Assembly: GCA_019309945.1 (NCBI GenBank)
Contig: JAFDFH010000004.1
Location: forward strand, 1 to 32,930
DNA: 32,930 bases
Reading direction: 5' to 3'
Source: Deltaproteobacteria bacterium
GTDB taxonomy: Bacteria > Desulfobacterota > Desulfobacteria > Desulfobacterales > JAFDFH01
Shown here: piece after piece, positions 19,748 to 30,151 of the stretch
Layout: each line of letters begins with the position of its first letter
Numbering within the stretch: position 1 is the stretch's first letter
Translations under genes and position numbers: made by a program
The notes under the pieces: generated by a model
The model's database searches: none
The model's input: only the letters and a program-made list of their open reading frames with translations
Told to the model about the DNA's origin: nothing

Positions 19748-22381
19748 CTATTCCAGCTCGGGTTTGATCTCTTCGAGATAATAGCATTCAATGGTATCGC
19801 CGACTTTGATATCATTGTAATTTTCAATACCGATACCGCATTCATATCCGCTTTGAACTTCTTTGACATCATCTTTAAATCGCCGCAGGGAAGAAATCTT
19901 GCTGTTATGGCAGACGATTCCATCCCGAAGCAAGCGCGCATTTTGTCCTCGCTCCACCTTCCCGTCAGTCACATAACAGCCTGCAATGGTACCGATTTTG
20001 GGAACATGGAAGACTTCACGAACCTCGGCTCGGCCAAGAATCCGTTCTTCAAAAGTAGATGCCATCATTCCAACCATGGCATCCTTGATGTCTTTGATCG
20101 CATTGTAAATAACATCATAAAAACGCATATCCACGCCTTCTTCATTCGCATGGTCGTGAACTTTTGCGTTGGGCCGCACATTAAAGCCTAAAATGATCGC
20201 ATTGGATACAGCCGCCAGTGAGATATCTGATTCAGTTATTGTCCCGGTGGCCGAATGAACGACTTTTATTTTCACCTCATCGGTGGAAAGTTTTGTAAGA
20301 GAGTCTTTAAGCGCTTCAATTGAACCATGTACATCGGCCTTAATAATAAGGTTCAATTCTTTGACTTCTTCCTCCTGCATCTTTTCAAAAAGGCCTTCAA
20401 GGCTTAATCGACTTGATTTGGCCAGTTCCACTGTCCGCTGTTTTTTCATCCGGTGCAAGCTGATCTGTTTGGCGCTTTTATCGTCGATAATTACTACCAA
20501 TTCATCACCGGATTGAGGAACCCCGGATAGCCCAATCACTTCCACAGGAATTGAAGGGCCTGCTTTTTCAACCTGAATGCCACGGTCGTTCAACAGGGCA
20601 CGGACTTTCCCATAATGCATCCCGCACACCACTGATTCGCCGGCATGCAGGGTCCCTTCTTTAATGAGAACGGTCGCAACAGGGCCTCTGCCGGCATCCA
20701 GCTTGGCCTCAATCACGTGACCTCGGGCAAGCTTGTCGGCATTGGCCTTTAGCTCTAAAACTTCGGACTGGAGGAGTATCATTTCAAGGAGTTCGCCAAC
20801 CCCGAGATTCTGTTTGGCAGAAACATTGACAAAGATGGCGTCACCTCCCCATTCCTCGGGTACTAGCCCGTGTTCGGCAAGCTCCCTTTGAACACGTTCG
20901 ATATTCACATTGGGTTTATCGATTTTATTGATTGCAACAATAATCGGGACATTTGCGGCTCTGGAGTGGTTGATGGCCTCAATGGTTTGTGGCATAACGC
21001 CGTCGTCGGCGGCAACAACCAGAACGACCAGATCGGTAACGCCGGCGCCCCGGGCTCGCATTGCGGTGAAGGCCGCATGCCCCGGTGTATCCAAGAAGAC
21101 GATTTGCCCACTATCGGTTGACACATTGTAGGCCCCAATGTGCTGTGTGATTCCGCCCGCTTCCATTTCGGTTGTTTTTGTTTTGCGTATGACATCCAAA
21201 AGAGATGTTTTGCCGTGATCCACATGCCCCATAATGGTAACCACGGGAGATCTTTCAGTCAGTTTGTCAGGATCATCTTTTTCGATAGGTAAAACAGCTT
21301 CTTCTGCAAAAGAGGCTTTCTCCAGCTCGTAATTGAATTCAGATGCTACCAGAGCTGCGGTATCAAAGTCTATGGTTTGATTCAGCGTTGCCATAACACC
21401 CAGAGTCATCAATTGTTTGATCATTTCTCCGGCCTTAATTCCTATTCGTTTGGCAAGATCAGAAAGAGCAATGGTTTCATCGATTTTAATGCGCCGTTTG
21501 ATGGCTTTCGGAATGGTAATTTGAGGCTTTTCCCCCTTGAAGGCTTTGCTCTTCGCCATTTTACGAGTCTTTTTGCTTTTGATTTTTTCTCCGGCATAAA
21601 GGTCTTTGCCCTCAACAACCTCTTTACTACGGAAGGAAATTTTCTTTTTAAAAAACCGCTTGTCTTTTACAGGCTCTCCAAGTCGCTTTTTATCAAGCTT
21701 CTTTTTGCCTTTTTCAGGCACAGGGTCCGGTCGCATTTCATTTTCTTTGGGGGCTTGGTCTACAGCGGGTTTCTTTTCAACTTTTGCTTTTGATTTTTTC
21801 ACCGGAGCTTCGGTCTCTTCGGATATTATTTCTGGGGGCTTTACCGCTAATTTTATAATCTTTGCCGGTGTTTCTTTCTTTGCTTTTTTGGCCGGCTTTA
21901 ATTTTTTTACAGCAGAGGGTTTTGCGATTTTCGATGGGGCGGGTTCCTTCTGTGCCGGTTCATCTTTTTCCGGAACGATTCGAAGACGTTCTTCAACAGC
22001 TTCACCTTTAAGCGGCGCCTTTATCTTTTGGGGAAGGACCTCTTTTTTTGTTTCTTTTTCTTTGGGCGCTTTTTTAGCTGGTTTCTCGGCAACCGTAGCT
22101 TCTTCAGAAGGCGTCTGCGGTTCAGAAACAAGAGCTATTTTTACATCCTGTTTCTTCACAACTCTTTTTCTTTTTCGAATAATACCCGGTTTTACACGTG
22201 TGACTTCGACGCCTTCAGGTTTCAAATCGAGAAGTCTTTCCTTAATGGTGGAAACTGTTTCTTCATCCAGAGAGCTCATATGGCTCTTTACGGGAAAATC
22301 CATATCCTGTAACTTTCCAAGAATTACCTTGTTTGTCATGTTAAGATCCCTGGCAAGTTCATATACCCTGATCTTTGCCAT
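19748..22381 (-). CDS. infB: Translation initiation factor IF-2
   Basis: RVYELA N-terminus, [29 protein letters not shown]. Confidence 0.99.
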   Translation of the reverse strand: MAKIRVYELARDLNMTNKVILGKLQDMDFPVKSHMSSLDEETVSTIKERLLDLKPEGVEVTRVKPGIIRKRKRVVKKQDVKIALVSEPQTPSEEATVAEKPAKKAPKEKETKKEVLPQKIKAPLKGEAVEERLRIVPEKDEPAQKEPAPSKIAKPSAVKKLKPAKKAKKETPAKIIKLAVKPPEIISEETEAPVKKSKAKVEKKPAVDQAPKENEMRPDPVPEKGKKKLDKKRLGEPVKDKRFFKKKISFRSKEVVEGKDLYAGEKIKSKKTRKMAKSKAFKGEKPQITIPKAIKRRIKIDETIALSDLAKRIGIKAGEMIKQLMTLGVMATLNQTIDFDTAALVASEFNYELEKASFAEEAVLPIEKDDPDKLTERSPVVTIMGHVDHGKTSLLDVIRKTKTTEMEAGGITQHIGAYNVSTDSGQIVFLDTPGHAAFTAMRARGAGVTDLVVLVVAADDGVMPQTIEAINHSRAANVPIIVAINKIDKPNVNIERVQRELAEHGLVPEEWGGDAIFVNVSAKQNLGVGELLEMILLQSEVLELKANADKLARGHVIEAKLDAGRGPVATVLIKEGTLHAGESVVCGMHYGKVRALLNDRGIQVEKAGPSIPVEVIGLSGVPQSGDELVVIIDDKSAKQISLHRMKKQRTVELAKSSRLSLEGLFEKMQEEEVKELNLIIKADVHGSIEALKDSLTKLSTDEVKIKVVHSATGTITESDISLAAVSNAIILGFNVRPNAKVHDHANEEGVDMRFYDVIYNAIKDIKDAMVGMMASTFEERILGRAEVREVFHVPKIGTIAGCYVTDGKVERGQNARLLRDGIVCHNSKISSLRRFKDDVKEVQSGYECGIGIENYNDIKVGDTIECYYLEEIKPELE

Positions 22382-22529
22382 TTATCCCCCTTGGTTCCGA
22401 TGATCGCATCGACTTACGATTGTTTTATTCAGTTCGACGCCTTGCCGTTCTCCCATGATATCCCCCATTATAACGATAAGTGGTGGATGCCTGGTCAGAA
22501 GTCGTAATTCATGCGTCGTGTATTTAAAA

Positions 22530-24116
22530 TCAGCCAGAGTTTTCTTCAGAGCTTTTTTGAGTATCAGTTCCGCGAGCTCCATCATTTTTTATCGCTTCCG
22601 AATTTTCTGATGGCGCCAACGCCTCAGAGGCCTCGTTACGAGTGGTCGGGTCAGGTTTCGGCTGTTCTTCAATGATCTGGCCTTCTGAATCATCAATGTC
22701 GGTCGTATCGTTGATATCTGCTGGTGTTTTCTCTGATAAAGACTCTTCAGAGGTCTCGTTACGAGTGGTCATGTCAGGTTGCGGCTGTTCTTCAATGATC
22801 TGGTCTTCTGAATCATCAATGTCGGTCGTATCGTTGATATCTGCTGATGTTTCTTCTGATAAAGACTCTTCAACCTTTTCATCGGCCATTACTTCAATTG
22901 CGGATTCGATTATTTTCAGGGCTTTTTCTTCGGCAATACCCCTGATTTGAGTCAGATCCTGGACTGACGCAGTGCTGAGTTCTTCAGCAGAAAAAAACCC
23001 CTTTTCATACAGGGCATCCGCCAGACTGATTCCAATTCCAGGTAGTTTCACCAAGGAGTCGTAGCCGTCCTTCATGGCCTGGCTGTAACGGCTTTCACTT
23101 TTTACGTCAAGATACCACCCGGTCAGTTTTGATGCCAGCCGCACGTTCTGACCCCGTTTCCCAATCGCTACCGAAAGAAATTCGTCAGGAACAATGACCT
23201 CCATGGAACGATCCTCTTCATCAATGATAACTCTGGATATCTCTGCAGGTGCCAGCGCATTGCAAACAAATTTTGCTGTATCCGCATGCCAGGGGATAAT
23301 GTCTATTTTTTCACCTCTTAGTTCCTGAACAACATTCTGTACCCGGCTTCCCTTCATGCCGACACAGGCACCGACTGGATCGATATCAGAATCATTCGAG
23401 GAAACGGAAATTTTTGCCCGGCTTCCGGGTTCACGGGCCGCACCCATGATGTTTACGATACCCTCTGAGATTTCAGGCACCTCGGTTTTGAAAAGATTGA
23501 TGATAAAATTTGGATCTGTTCTTGAGAGAATGATCTGAGGCCCCCGGGTGTCATGAAGCACATCCAAAATATATGCCCGTATTCGATCTCCCCGACGATA
23601 TGTTTCTTTAGGCACCTGCTCCCGAGCCGGAAGAAGGCCTTCGGTATGCCCCAGATTGACAATAATGTTATTCCGTTCAATGCGCTGCACAATTCCGTTT
23701 ATAATCTCACCTTTTCGATCTATGAAACTAGAAAAAACCGCATCCCTTTCGGCATCCTTCATTTTCTGGATGATGACCTGTTTGGCCGATTGGGCCGCAA
23801 TCCTGCCGAAGGTGGTTGTGTCCATTTTTTCTCCAAGACTGTCCCCGACTTCGCAATCCGGGTCCAGCTTAGATCCATCCTCCAGAGTCATTTGAATCTC
23901 GGGTTCACTAATCTTTTCAACCACTTCTTTAAATTGAAAAACCTCAATCTCGCCGGTTTCCTCATTATATTGAACTTCAATGTCGACCTTGCTTCCAAAC
24001 TTTTTTCTAGCAGCAGACCTAAGCGCCTCTTCAAGTGCCTTAATCAGGACTTCACGGTCGATCCCCTTATCGCGACTAACCTGTTCAACGACACGCTTAA
24101 TATCTGTTATAAACAT
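22530..24116 (-). CDS. nusA: Transcription termination/antitermination factor NusA with long acidic C-terminal tail
   Basis: FGRIAAQSAKQ, DPVGACVG, AIGKRGQNVRLA, HhH repeats. Confidence 0.98.
   Translation of the reverse strand: MFITDIKRVVEQVSRDKGIDREVLIKALEEALRSAARKKFGSKVDIEVQYNEETGEIEVFQFKEVVEKISEPEIQMTLEDGSKLDPDCEVGDSLGEKMDTTTFGRIAAQSAKQVIIQKMKDAERDAVFSSFIDRKGEIINGIVQRIERNNIIVNLGHTEGLLPAREQVPKETYRRGDRIRAYILDVLHDTRGPQIILSRTDPNFIINLFKTEVPEISEGIVNIMGAAREPGSRAKISVSSNDSDIDPVGACVGMKGSRVQNVVQELRGEKIDIIPWHADTAKFVCNALAPAEISRVIIDEEDRSMEVIVPDEFLSVAIGKRGQNVRLASKLTGWYLDVKSESRYSQAMKDGYDSLVKLPGIGISLADALYEKGFFSAEELSTASVQDLTQIRGIAEEKALKIIESAIEVMADEKVEESLSEETSADINDTTDIDDSEDQIIEEQPQPDMTTRNETSEESLSEKTPADINDTTDIDDSEGQIIEEQPKPDPTTRNEASEALAPSENSEAIKNDGARGTDTQKSSEENSG
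22624..22872. repeat. 123-bp (41-codon) tandem duplication in the nusA 3' region
   Basis: TCAGAGG at 22624 and 22747, GACTCTTC at 22741 and 22864 (period 123); peptide EESLSE...TTRNE.S occurs twice. Confidence 0.95.
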
Positions 24117-24667
24117 CTGTTTTCTCCATAATAATTAACCAGTCGCGCTTTAGTAATTTCTTGAAAAGGAATCGCGACTGTTTTTTCGTTGACCAAGAGT
24201 TTTACAGTTCCTTCTGATATTCCCAAAAGGACGCCTTTAAAATTTTTTTGTCCATCAACGGGTTGATGGGTTTTAATCTTTGCTACATTTCCTTTGAATT
24301 TTTCAAAGTCAAGCGCATTACCCAAAGGGCGATCAGGTCCCGGAGATGATACCTCAAGACTGTAATATTCTTCAGTTTCTATTTTTGCATCCAAAAGGTC
24401 GCTGAACTGGCGGCTGATGCAGACACAGTCGTCCAGTGTAACTCCCCCGGGCTTATCGATATAAAGGCGTAATATCCGGTCCCCCGTCTCTCGTTGATAC
24501 TCGATATGCACCAACTCAACGCCTTCGGCTTCACACAAGGGGGCCGCTAATTTATTCGCCTGGACAATCATTTTTTCTCTGCTTTCCAGAGAAAATCGCA
24601 TTGTCCCAAACTCAGCTTTTTTTCTATTTCGATTGTTTCGCTGAGCTTTCATCGCTTTTTTGTTCAA
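24107..24667 (-). CDS. rimP: Ribosome maturation factor RimP (start may be a downstream ATG)
   Basis: LRLYIDKPGGVTLDDC, YSLEVSSPG.DRPL; directly upstream of nusA. Confidence 0.96.
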   Translation of the reverse strand: MNKKAMKAQRNNRNRKKAEFGTMRFSLESREKMIVQANKLAAPLCEAEGVELVHIEYQRETGDRILRLYIDKPGGVTLDDCVCISRQFSDLLDAKIETEEYYSLEVSSPGPDRPLGNALDFEKFKGNVAKIKTHQPVDGQKNFKGVLLGISEGTVKLLVNEKTVAIPFQEITKARLVNYYGENRCL

Positions 24668-24672
24668 TCACC

Positions 24673-24702
24673 AAAAAACAAAAAACGGGCGGTAGCCCGT
24701 TT
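24673..24702 (-). terminator. Intrinsic terminator-like hairpin directly upstream of rimP (rimP-leader position)
   Basis: Minus strand AAACGGGC-TACC-GCCCGTTT followed by TTTGTTTTTT. Confidence 0.75.
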
Positions 24703-24847
24703 CCGATATAATGGGTAGATCTTTGGTGGTGGATTTAAAAACTTTACCAGATCATGCGAATAACCTTTTGAAAAGAATTAACTCCAAACCGTTCGAACAT
24801 AGAAGCTCTACCCTTAAATCACTGTAAAAATGGAAAAGGCACACTCA

Positions 24848-24923
24848 TGGAGCGGGCAACGAGATTCGAACTCGCGACACCAAGCTTGGGAAGCTTGTAC
24901 TCTACCAACTGAGCTATGCCCGC
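24848..24923 (-). tRNA. tRNA-Gly (CCC)
   Basis: Reverse complement GCGGGCATAGCTCAGTTGGTAGAGTACAAGCTTCCCAAGCTTGGTGTCGCGAGTTCGAATCTCGTTGCCCGCTCCA: 76-nt cloverleaf, anticodon CCC, encoded CCA. Confidence 0.98.
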
Positions 24924-24935
24924 CGACTAAAAAAC

Positions 24936-24964
24936 AAAATATGACAAAAAATAATTATTGTCAA
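24936..24964 (-). promoter_or_regulatory. Putative sigma70 promoter of tRNA-Gly / rimP operon
   Basis: Minus strand TTGACA-17 bp-TATTTT, 12 bp upstream of the tRNA. Confidence 0.6.
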
Positions 24965-25014
24965 TATTTTTCAACAATTAATTTGGATGCTGGTTACTTG
25001 AGGGTTGATGTATC

Positions 25015-25156
25015 GAGACCTTTGCAAAACGCCCCTTTTTCCCCAATTTCTGTGTCAGGCTCAAATTTTAATCCTCAAAATACTAAATGTATTCCTGTGG
25101 TTAAAATTTTCGCCTTCCTTGAACTTGAACAAAAAGGAGCATTTTGCAAAGGTCTC
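25015..25156 (+). mobile_element. MITE family B, copy 1 (142 bp; TIR GAGACCTTTGCAAAA)
   Basis: Perfect 15-bp terminal inverted repeats; core shared with 30001..30142 and 32119..32270. Confidence 0.88.
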
Positions 25157-25224
25157 GTACTGTGAAGAAAAAGGGATACGCTCAAAAACTGTAAGGGGGA
25201 GCATTACCGATTTGTTAATAAGGG

Positions 25225-25575
25225 TTATTCAATCAGCATATCGCGAATGTTTTCAAGTTCTCTGCGGACCTCTTCAAGCGTGGCGGTCGAAGATTTTTTC
25301 TTTTTTTCGGTGGTCAGGGAAGCCAGATGTTGCTTTGCTCCCTGAATCGTATATTTTTTAGCATAAAGGAGGTGTTTGATTCTCAAAATTAACTCGACAT
25401 CACTTTTTCGATAAAGGCGCTGGCCGGAAGAGGTTCGTTTTGGTTTTATCTTTTTGAATTCAGTTTCCCAAAATCTTAAAACATAGGCTGGAACGCCCGA
25501 AATATCGCTGACTTCTCCGATTCTAAAATATAGCTTGTCGGGCAATTCTTTGTGGGAAGATGGATTATTTTGCAT
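25225..25575 (-). CDS. MerR family transcriptional regulator (pheT-linked type)
   Basis: LPDKLYFRIGEVS, VLRFWETEF, GQRLY, YTIQGAK; ATG at 25575 preferred over TTG at 25605. Confidence 0.93.
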   Translation of the reverse strand: MQNNPSSHKELPDKLYFRIGEVSDISGVPAYVLRFWETEFKKIKPKRTSSGQRLYRKSDVELILRIKHLLYAKKYTIQGAKQHLASLTTEKKKKSSTATLEEVRRELENIRDMLIE

Positions 25576-25628
25576 TTTAGAGGCGAAAGACGAAATCTTT
25601 AACAACGGGAACGCTTAACCGCATATCC

Positions 25629-28043
25629 TTACCGCGGTAACATTCCATCAAATGCGTCTATAAGTTTATCTGTAATATCCCTATGTAGTTGATTTACATT
25701 GTCATCTTCAAGTGTCTCTTTTGGCGATCGGTATATTATTCGAAGAGAGATACTTTTTTTACCGGGTGGAATCGGATCACCTTCGAACGTATTAAATAAA
25801 AGTACCCTTTCCACCAGGTCTTCGTCAATTGCGTTAATGCTTTCCATTATATTTCTGGATTCGATATCCTTATTTATAATAATGGTAATGTCTCGAGCGA
25901 CGGCGGGAAATTTGGGCAGTGGTTTTGAGTGCCGAATGTCGGGGATGTAAGGTATGAGGGTGTCCAGATTAAGTTCGAAAATAAAGGCGGCTTGCTTCAA
26001 ATCATAATTCCGAAGGACTTGAGGCGTTACTTCCCCAACAAGACCCAGGGTGTCATTGCAAGTGTTGATACATGCGGTATATCCGGGTTTTGTATATGTA
26101 CAAGAAATTCCGGGTATTTGGGTGAATATGATGTTGTCGACATTCAAACTGTACAACAGGCCTTCAATCACGCCTTTGATATCGTAAAAATCACAAACGG
26201 TTTCATCATGATGCCAAGAAGCATCAAACCTTGTCCCGGTCCAGATACCTGCCAGCATTTCTATTTCTTCCGGCAGGTTGTCCGGGCCTCTACTGATAAA
26301 GATTTTTCCCACTTCAAACAATTTAAGATTTCTGACTTGATGAGCAATGTTGCGGTGCACCGTTTCTAATAGGCCGGGAATCAATGAAGTTCTCATGACG
26401 GCCTGATCTTCTGTCAAGGGGTTCAAAACATCTACCATCTTCCTTCTTGAATCGTCCGATTGAAGGGCGAGATGATCCCCCGATTTTTTGCTGATAAAAC
26501 TGTAATTGATTGCTTCCGTAAAGCCAAATCCGGTCATCATTGCTTTTATCGTATTTCTGATATCCAATTGCTTGGAAGCTGGACGGGCTTCGGCAGGTAT
26601 CAGTGGAAACGTGGTCGGAATAGTATTATACCCCGAAAGACGGGCAACCTCTTCCATAAGATCGACAGGTCTTTCAATATCCACTCTGAAAGAGGGAGGA
26701 AACACAGTGAGTTTATCACCATTATTTTTTTTCACGTCGAATTCGATCGATTTCAACAGATCTTCCATGTTGTTTTGATCCAGGTGGGTTCCAAGGATAC
26801 GGTTTGTAGCCTTGACACTCAAAGCTATCGCTTGCTTTGATATCTTGCCGGGATGTTCATCAATAATTCCTTCGATTAACCGGCCCCCTGCGATTGTAGC
26901 CATTAGCTGAGCGGCTCTGTTTGCTGCTCTTAGCGTGCCTTCTGGATCGACGCCGCGTTCAAAACGGTGGGAAGCCTCCGTGCTTGAGCCTATCTTCTTT
27001 GAAGTTCTTCGAATACTTGTGGGGCTGAAATACGCACTTTCAATCAGAACACGTGTGCTGCCCGCTTCTATTTCCGAGTTAAGCCCCCCCATGACGCCTG
27101 CAATGGCTACAGGTCCACGCCCATCGCAGATCATCAGTATATCCCGGGAAAGTATTCGTTCTTTATGGTCAAGCGTGGTAAACGTTTCACCTTCATTTGC
27201 CAGTCGGACAACAATTCTATTTTCGACCAAACGGTCAAAATCAAATGCGTGTAGCGGTTGACCGGTTTCCAATAATACAAAGTTGGTGATGTCAACAATG
27301 TTGTTAATCGGCCTTAATCCAACCGACAGGAGACGGTCCTGAAGCCAAAAGGGAGAGGCTTCAACCGAAATGTCCACCAGAAGCCTTGCAACGTATCTCC
27401 GACAGTGGTCCGGCGCTTCGATGACGACAGAAGTGTGCGCAGCAATATTGTCGATTGTTTCGGGGAGCGTACATTCGGGATATTTTAACCTTGTTTTCTG
27501 GATCGCGGCGATTTCTCTACCGACACCGATGATACTTAGACAGTCTGGTCGGTTTGGAGTAAGATCGATTTCAAGCACTTTGTCTGAAAGCTCAAGTGCT
27601 TTTGCGAGCGGATTTCCCACAATTAAAGATGGATCGAGGATCATGATCCCGGAGCGGTCTGTGCCCAGTCCCAGTTCCTTCGCGCTGCACAGCATACCTT
27701 CCGAGGGCACGCCGCGTATGATTTCCTTTTCTAAAGTAGTTCCATCAGAAAGAAGAGTTCCGGGTAAAGCCACCGGTGCAAGTGAATTTTTGTTGATGTT
27801 TGGGGCTCCACATACAATAGAGATCATGCGGTTACCAACATCCACATTGCAAAGCTTTAGCTTGGCAATGTGGGGATGAGGGTTGATTTCATTGATGCGG
27901 CCAACGACGACACGGTTCAGGTATTCATATCGATCGGAAACGGATTCAACTTCAAGCCCGACCATGGTAAGTGCGTCGGCCAGATCATTGATCTCCATTT
28001 CGATTGGAACATATTTATTTAGCCAGCTCAAACTAGCTTTCAT
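25629..28043 (-). CDS. pheT: Phenylalanine--tRNA ligase beta subunit
   Basis: IVCGAPN, SEGMLCS, TPNRPD, GQPLHAFD, RFERGVD, DLMEEVAR, FDX-ACB C-terminus. Confidence 0.99.
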   Translation of the reverse strand: MKASLSWLNKYVPIEMEINDLADALTMVGLEVESVSDRYEYLNRVVVGRINEINPHPHIAKLKLCNVDVGNRMISIVCGAPNINKNSLAPVALPGTLLSDGTTLEKEIIRGVPSEGMLCSAKELGLGTDRSGIMILDPSLIVGNPLAKALELSDKVLEIDLTPNRPDCLSIIGVGREIAAIQKTRLKYPECTLPETIDNIAAHTSVVIEAPDHCRRYVARLLVDISVEASPFWLQDRLLSVGLRPINNIVDITNFVLLETGQPLHAFDFDRLVENRIVVRLANEGETFTTLDHKERILSRDILMICDGRGPVAIAGVMGGLNSEIEAGSTRVLIESAYFSPTSIRRTSKKIGSSTEASHRFERGVDPEGTLRAANRAAQLMATIAGGRLIEGIIDEHPGKISKQAIALSVKATNRILGTHLDQNNMEDLLKSIEFDVKKNNGDKLTVFPPSFRVDIERPVDLMEEVARLSGYNTIPTTFPLIPAEARPASKQLDIRNTIKAMMTGFGFTEAINYSFISKKSGDHLALQSDDSRRKMVDVLNPLTEDQAVMRTSLIPGLLETVHRNIAHQVRNLKLFEVGKIFISRGPDNLPEEIEMLAGIWTGTRFDASWHHDETVCDFYDIKGVIEGLLYSLNVDNIIFTQIPGISCTYTKPGYTACINTCNDTLGLVGEVTPQVLRNYDLKQAAFIFELNLDTLIPYIPDIRHSKPLPKFPAVARDITIIINKDIESRNIMESINAIDEDLVERVLLFNTFEGDPIPPGKKSISLRIIYRSPKETLEDDNVNQLHRDITDKLIDAFDGMLPR

Positions 28044-28064
28044 ATCGAAATGACCTATAACCCA

Positions 28065-29072
28065 TTAAAACTGCTTTAAGAATCTGAAATTGTTTTCAAA
28101 ATACTTTCGAATATCATCGATTCGGTATTTCAGCATGGCGATTCGCTCCACGCCCATGCCAAAAGCAAATCCGGTGTATCGGGTGGTGTCGTATCCTACG
28201 ATTTCAAAAACAGCAGGATGAACCATACCCGCGCCTAGCACCTCGAGCCATCCCGTGTGGGAACAAATTCTGCATCCTTTACCTCTGCATTGGACACATA
28301 GAATATCGATCTCTGCACTGGGTTCAGTAAACGGGAAGAAACTGGGACGGAATCTGAGGCTTGTCTGGTCATCAAACATTCGGTGAACAAATGTGGTTAG
28401 AATCCCTTTAAGATCGCCGAAGGAAACCTTTTTGTCGACCAATAGACCTTCCACCTGATGAAACATCGGTGTGTGGGTCAGATCGGAATCGCATCGGTAG
28501 ACTTTGCCCGGCGCAATTACTCTTAAAGGCGGTGAATGTTTCTCCATTACTCTCACCTGGATGGGAGATGTGTGTGTTCGCAGGACAATCGCATCGGAAA
28601 TATAGAACGTATCTTGCATGTCCCGTGCAGGGTGATTTTTTGGAATATTAAGCGCTTCAAAATTATAGTAATCTTTTTCTACCTCCGGTCCTTCAGCAAT
28701 ATCAAAGCCCAGTCTTGTAAAAATGTCACAAATCTGAAGGGTAATTTGTGTGATAGGATGCAGATAGCCCCGTTGAGCCGTTCTTCCAGGCAATGAAACG
28801 TCAATTCGGTCATCTGTTTCAGACGGCTCGGTTTCAAAACGTCGAATGGCTTCTCGGAACTGTGCATCCAGGAAATGCTTGATTTCATTGGCCTCTTTTC
28901 CGATGTCGGGACGTTTTTGCGGTGGGAGTTTGGAGATATTCCTTAGGAATTGAGTAACGATACCCTTTCGGCCCAGATAGCGGATGGAGAGGGCTTGGAT
29001 ACTTTCGAGATCCGGGGCTGATTGAAGTTTCTCCAGCGCCTCGGCCTTGATCTGTCCGATGGATTTTTTCAC
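28065..29072 (-). CDS. pheS: Phenylalanine--tRNA ligase alpha subunit
   Basis: HPARDMQDTF, LRTHTS, FHQVEG, FPFTEPS, GFAFGMGVER. Confidence 0.99.
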   Translation of the reverse strand: MKKSIGQIKAEALEKLQSAPDLESIQALSIRYLGRKGIVTQFLRNISKLPPQKRPDIGKEANEIKHFLDAQFREAIRRFETEPSETDDRIDVSLPGRTAQRGYLHPITQITLQICDIFTRLGFDIAEGPEVEKDYYNFEALNIPKNHPARDMQDTFYISDAIVLRTHTSPIQVRVMEKHSPPLRVIAPGKVYRCDSDLTHTPMFHQVEGLLVDKKVSFGDLKGILTTFVHRMFDDQTSLRFRPSFFPFTEPSAEIDILCVQCRGKGCRICSHTGWLEVLGAGMVHPAVFEIVGYDTTRYTGFAFGMGVERIAMLKYRIDDIRKYFENNFRFLKQF

Positions 29073-29234
29073 TTTTTAGGCACTATGTTGAGACTAAAAT
29101 TCCGGATTCCTGCGATTCATTATTCCAATTAGGTGCAAAGCAAACGCAGTTCCCTTGAACACAATCGGCTAATTTTTGCGGTCATTCAATGATGAAACGA
29201 CAAATGCTGTTTGTCCTGTATACCGAATCCCGAG

Positions 29235-29585
29235 TTAAATCTGTTCGGAGGCAAGATTGACGATCCGGGTAAATCCAGCCGGATCAGATATTGCCAATTC
29301 CGCAAGAACTTTTCTGTCAAGGGCAATATTGGCGCGTTTTAATCCATGAATAAATTTACCGTAGGTAAGATTATTCATACGCACAGCTGCATTGATCCTG
29401 ATGATCCAGAGTCTCCTGAAATCACGTTTACGCACCCGTCGATCTCGGTAAGCATACATGAGAGCCTTATCTACAGCGTCTGCTGCGGTGCGGAATAATT
29501 TACTGCGACCGCCGCGAAACCCTTTCGCCAGTTTCAACACTTTTTTTCGTCTTCTTCTTGCTTTATAACCTCTTTTAACACGCAT
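29235..29585 (-). CDS. rplT: 50S ribosomal protein L20
   Basis: MRVKRG..., [19 protein letters not shown]; ATG at 29585 with AGGAG SD. Confidence 0.99.
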   Translation of the reverse strand: MRVKRGYKARRRRKKVLKLAKGFRGGRSKLFRTAADAVDKALMYAYRDRRVRKRDFRRLWIIRINAAVRMNNLTYGKFIHGLKRANIALDRKVLAELAISDPAGFTRIVNLASEQI

Positions 29586-29636
29586 TGTTATTCTCCTAAA
29601 GATTTCGAATTTCTTCAAAGCTCTGCGGCCGTCTTT

Positions 29637-29834
29637 CTATCCATTCGGAAGGAGTTGGCTTAAGACCTTTTTATTTGTCTTATCAACAAGATGGCTCTTT
29701 CTCAGGGATCTTTTACGTTTGGTGGTTTTTTTTGTTAAAATATGATTTGCATGGGATTTTGAATAAACCAGTTTACCCGTTCCGGTTTTTCTAAAACGTT
29801 TTGCTGCAGATCGGTTGGTTTTTATTTTTGGCAT
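29637..29834 (-). CDS. rpmI: 50S ribosomal protein L35
   Basis: [14 protein letters not shown]...HILTKK; AAGGAG SD. Confidence 0.99.
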   Translation of the reverse strand: MPKIKTNRSAAKRFRKTGTGKLVYSKSHANHILTKKTTKRKRSLRKSHLVDKTNKKVLSQLLPNG

Positions 29835-29857
29835 TGTTTATCTTCTCCTTATTTCTC

Positions 29858-29903
29858 AAAAAAATAGATGGCGTGAGCAATCGGTAATTACAAGCTCACG
29901 CCA
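29858..29903 (-). terminator. Terminator/attenuator-like hairpin between infC and rpmI
   Basis: 10-bp perfect stem TGGCGTGAGC/GCTCACGCCA followed on the minus strand by TCTATTTTTTT. Confidence 0.65.
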
Positions 29904-30000
29904 CCATTGAAAAATTTCATCAAATCATTTAATGGGTCACACTTTTCAATAAACGGATATTTTTATCTGGTTCGGGAGGGTGTTTATCCTCAATTCATTT

Positions 30001-30142
30001 GAGCCAATTTCAAAACGTCCCATTTTGCCCAATCTCTGCGTCAGGCTCAAATTTTAATCCTCGAAATACTATATGTATTCCTGTGGTTAAAATTTCTGCC
30101 TTCCTTGACCTTGAACAAACTGAAACGTTTTGAAACTGGCTC
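30001..30142 (+). mobile_element. MITE family B, copy 2 (142 bp; TIR GAGCCARTTTCAAAACGT)
   Basis: 18-bp TIR with one mismatch; flanked by ATTT on both sides; 9 bp downstream of the infC stop. Confidence 0.88.
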
Positions 30143-30151
30143 ATTTGCAAA

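Noticed and set aside
21606-22403. 265-aa plus-strand ORF, and other antisense ORFs such as 8976..9617 and 23553..24131
   Set aside because: They are shadows of well-supported genes on the opposite strand.
22382-22585. 67-aa ORF at the ylxR position between nusA and infB
   Set aside because: Lacks the YlxR RxC and GRGAY motifs and overlaps nusA; coding status unsupported.
24848-24923. tRNA as an integration site for a genomic island
   Set aside because: No integrase and no duplicated tRNA 3' end in the window.
24830-25361. Plus-strand ORFs of 111 and 118 aa, and the similar ORF at 30105..30347
   Set aside because: They run antisense over the tRNA or real genes and through MITE B sequence.
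29073-29234. pheM-like attenuator or T-box upstream of pheS
   Set aside because: No Phe-rich leader peptide, T-box motif or strong terminator seen.
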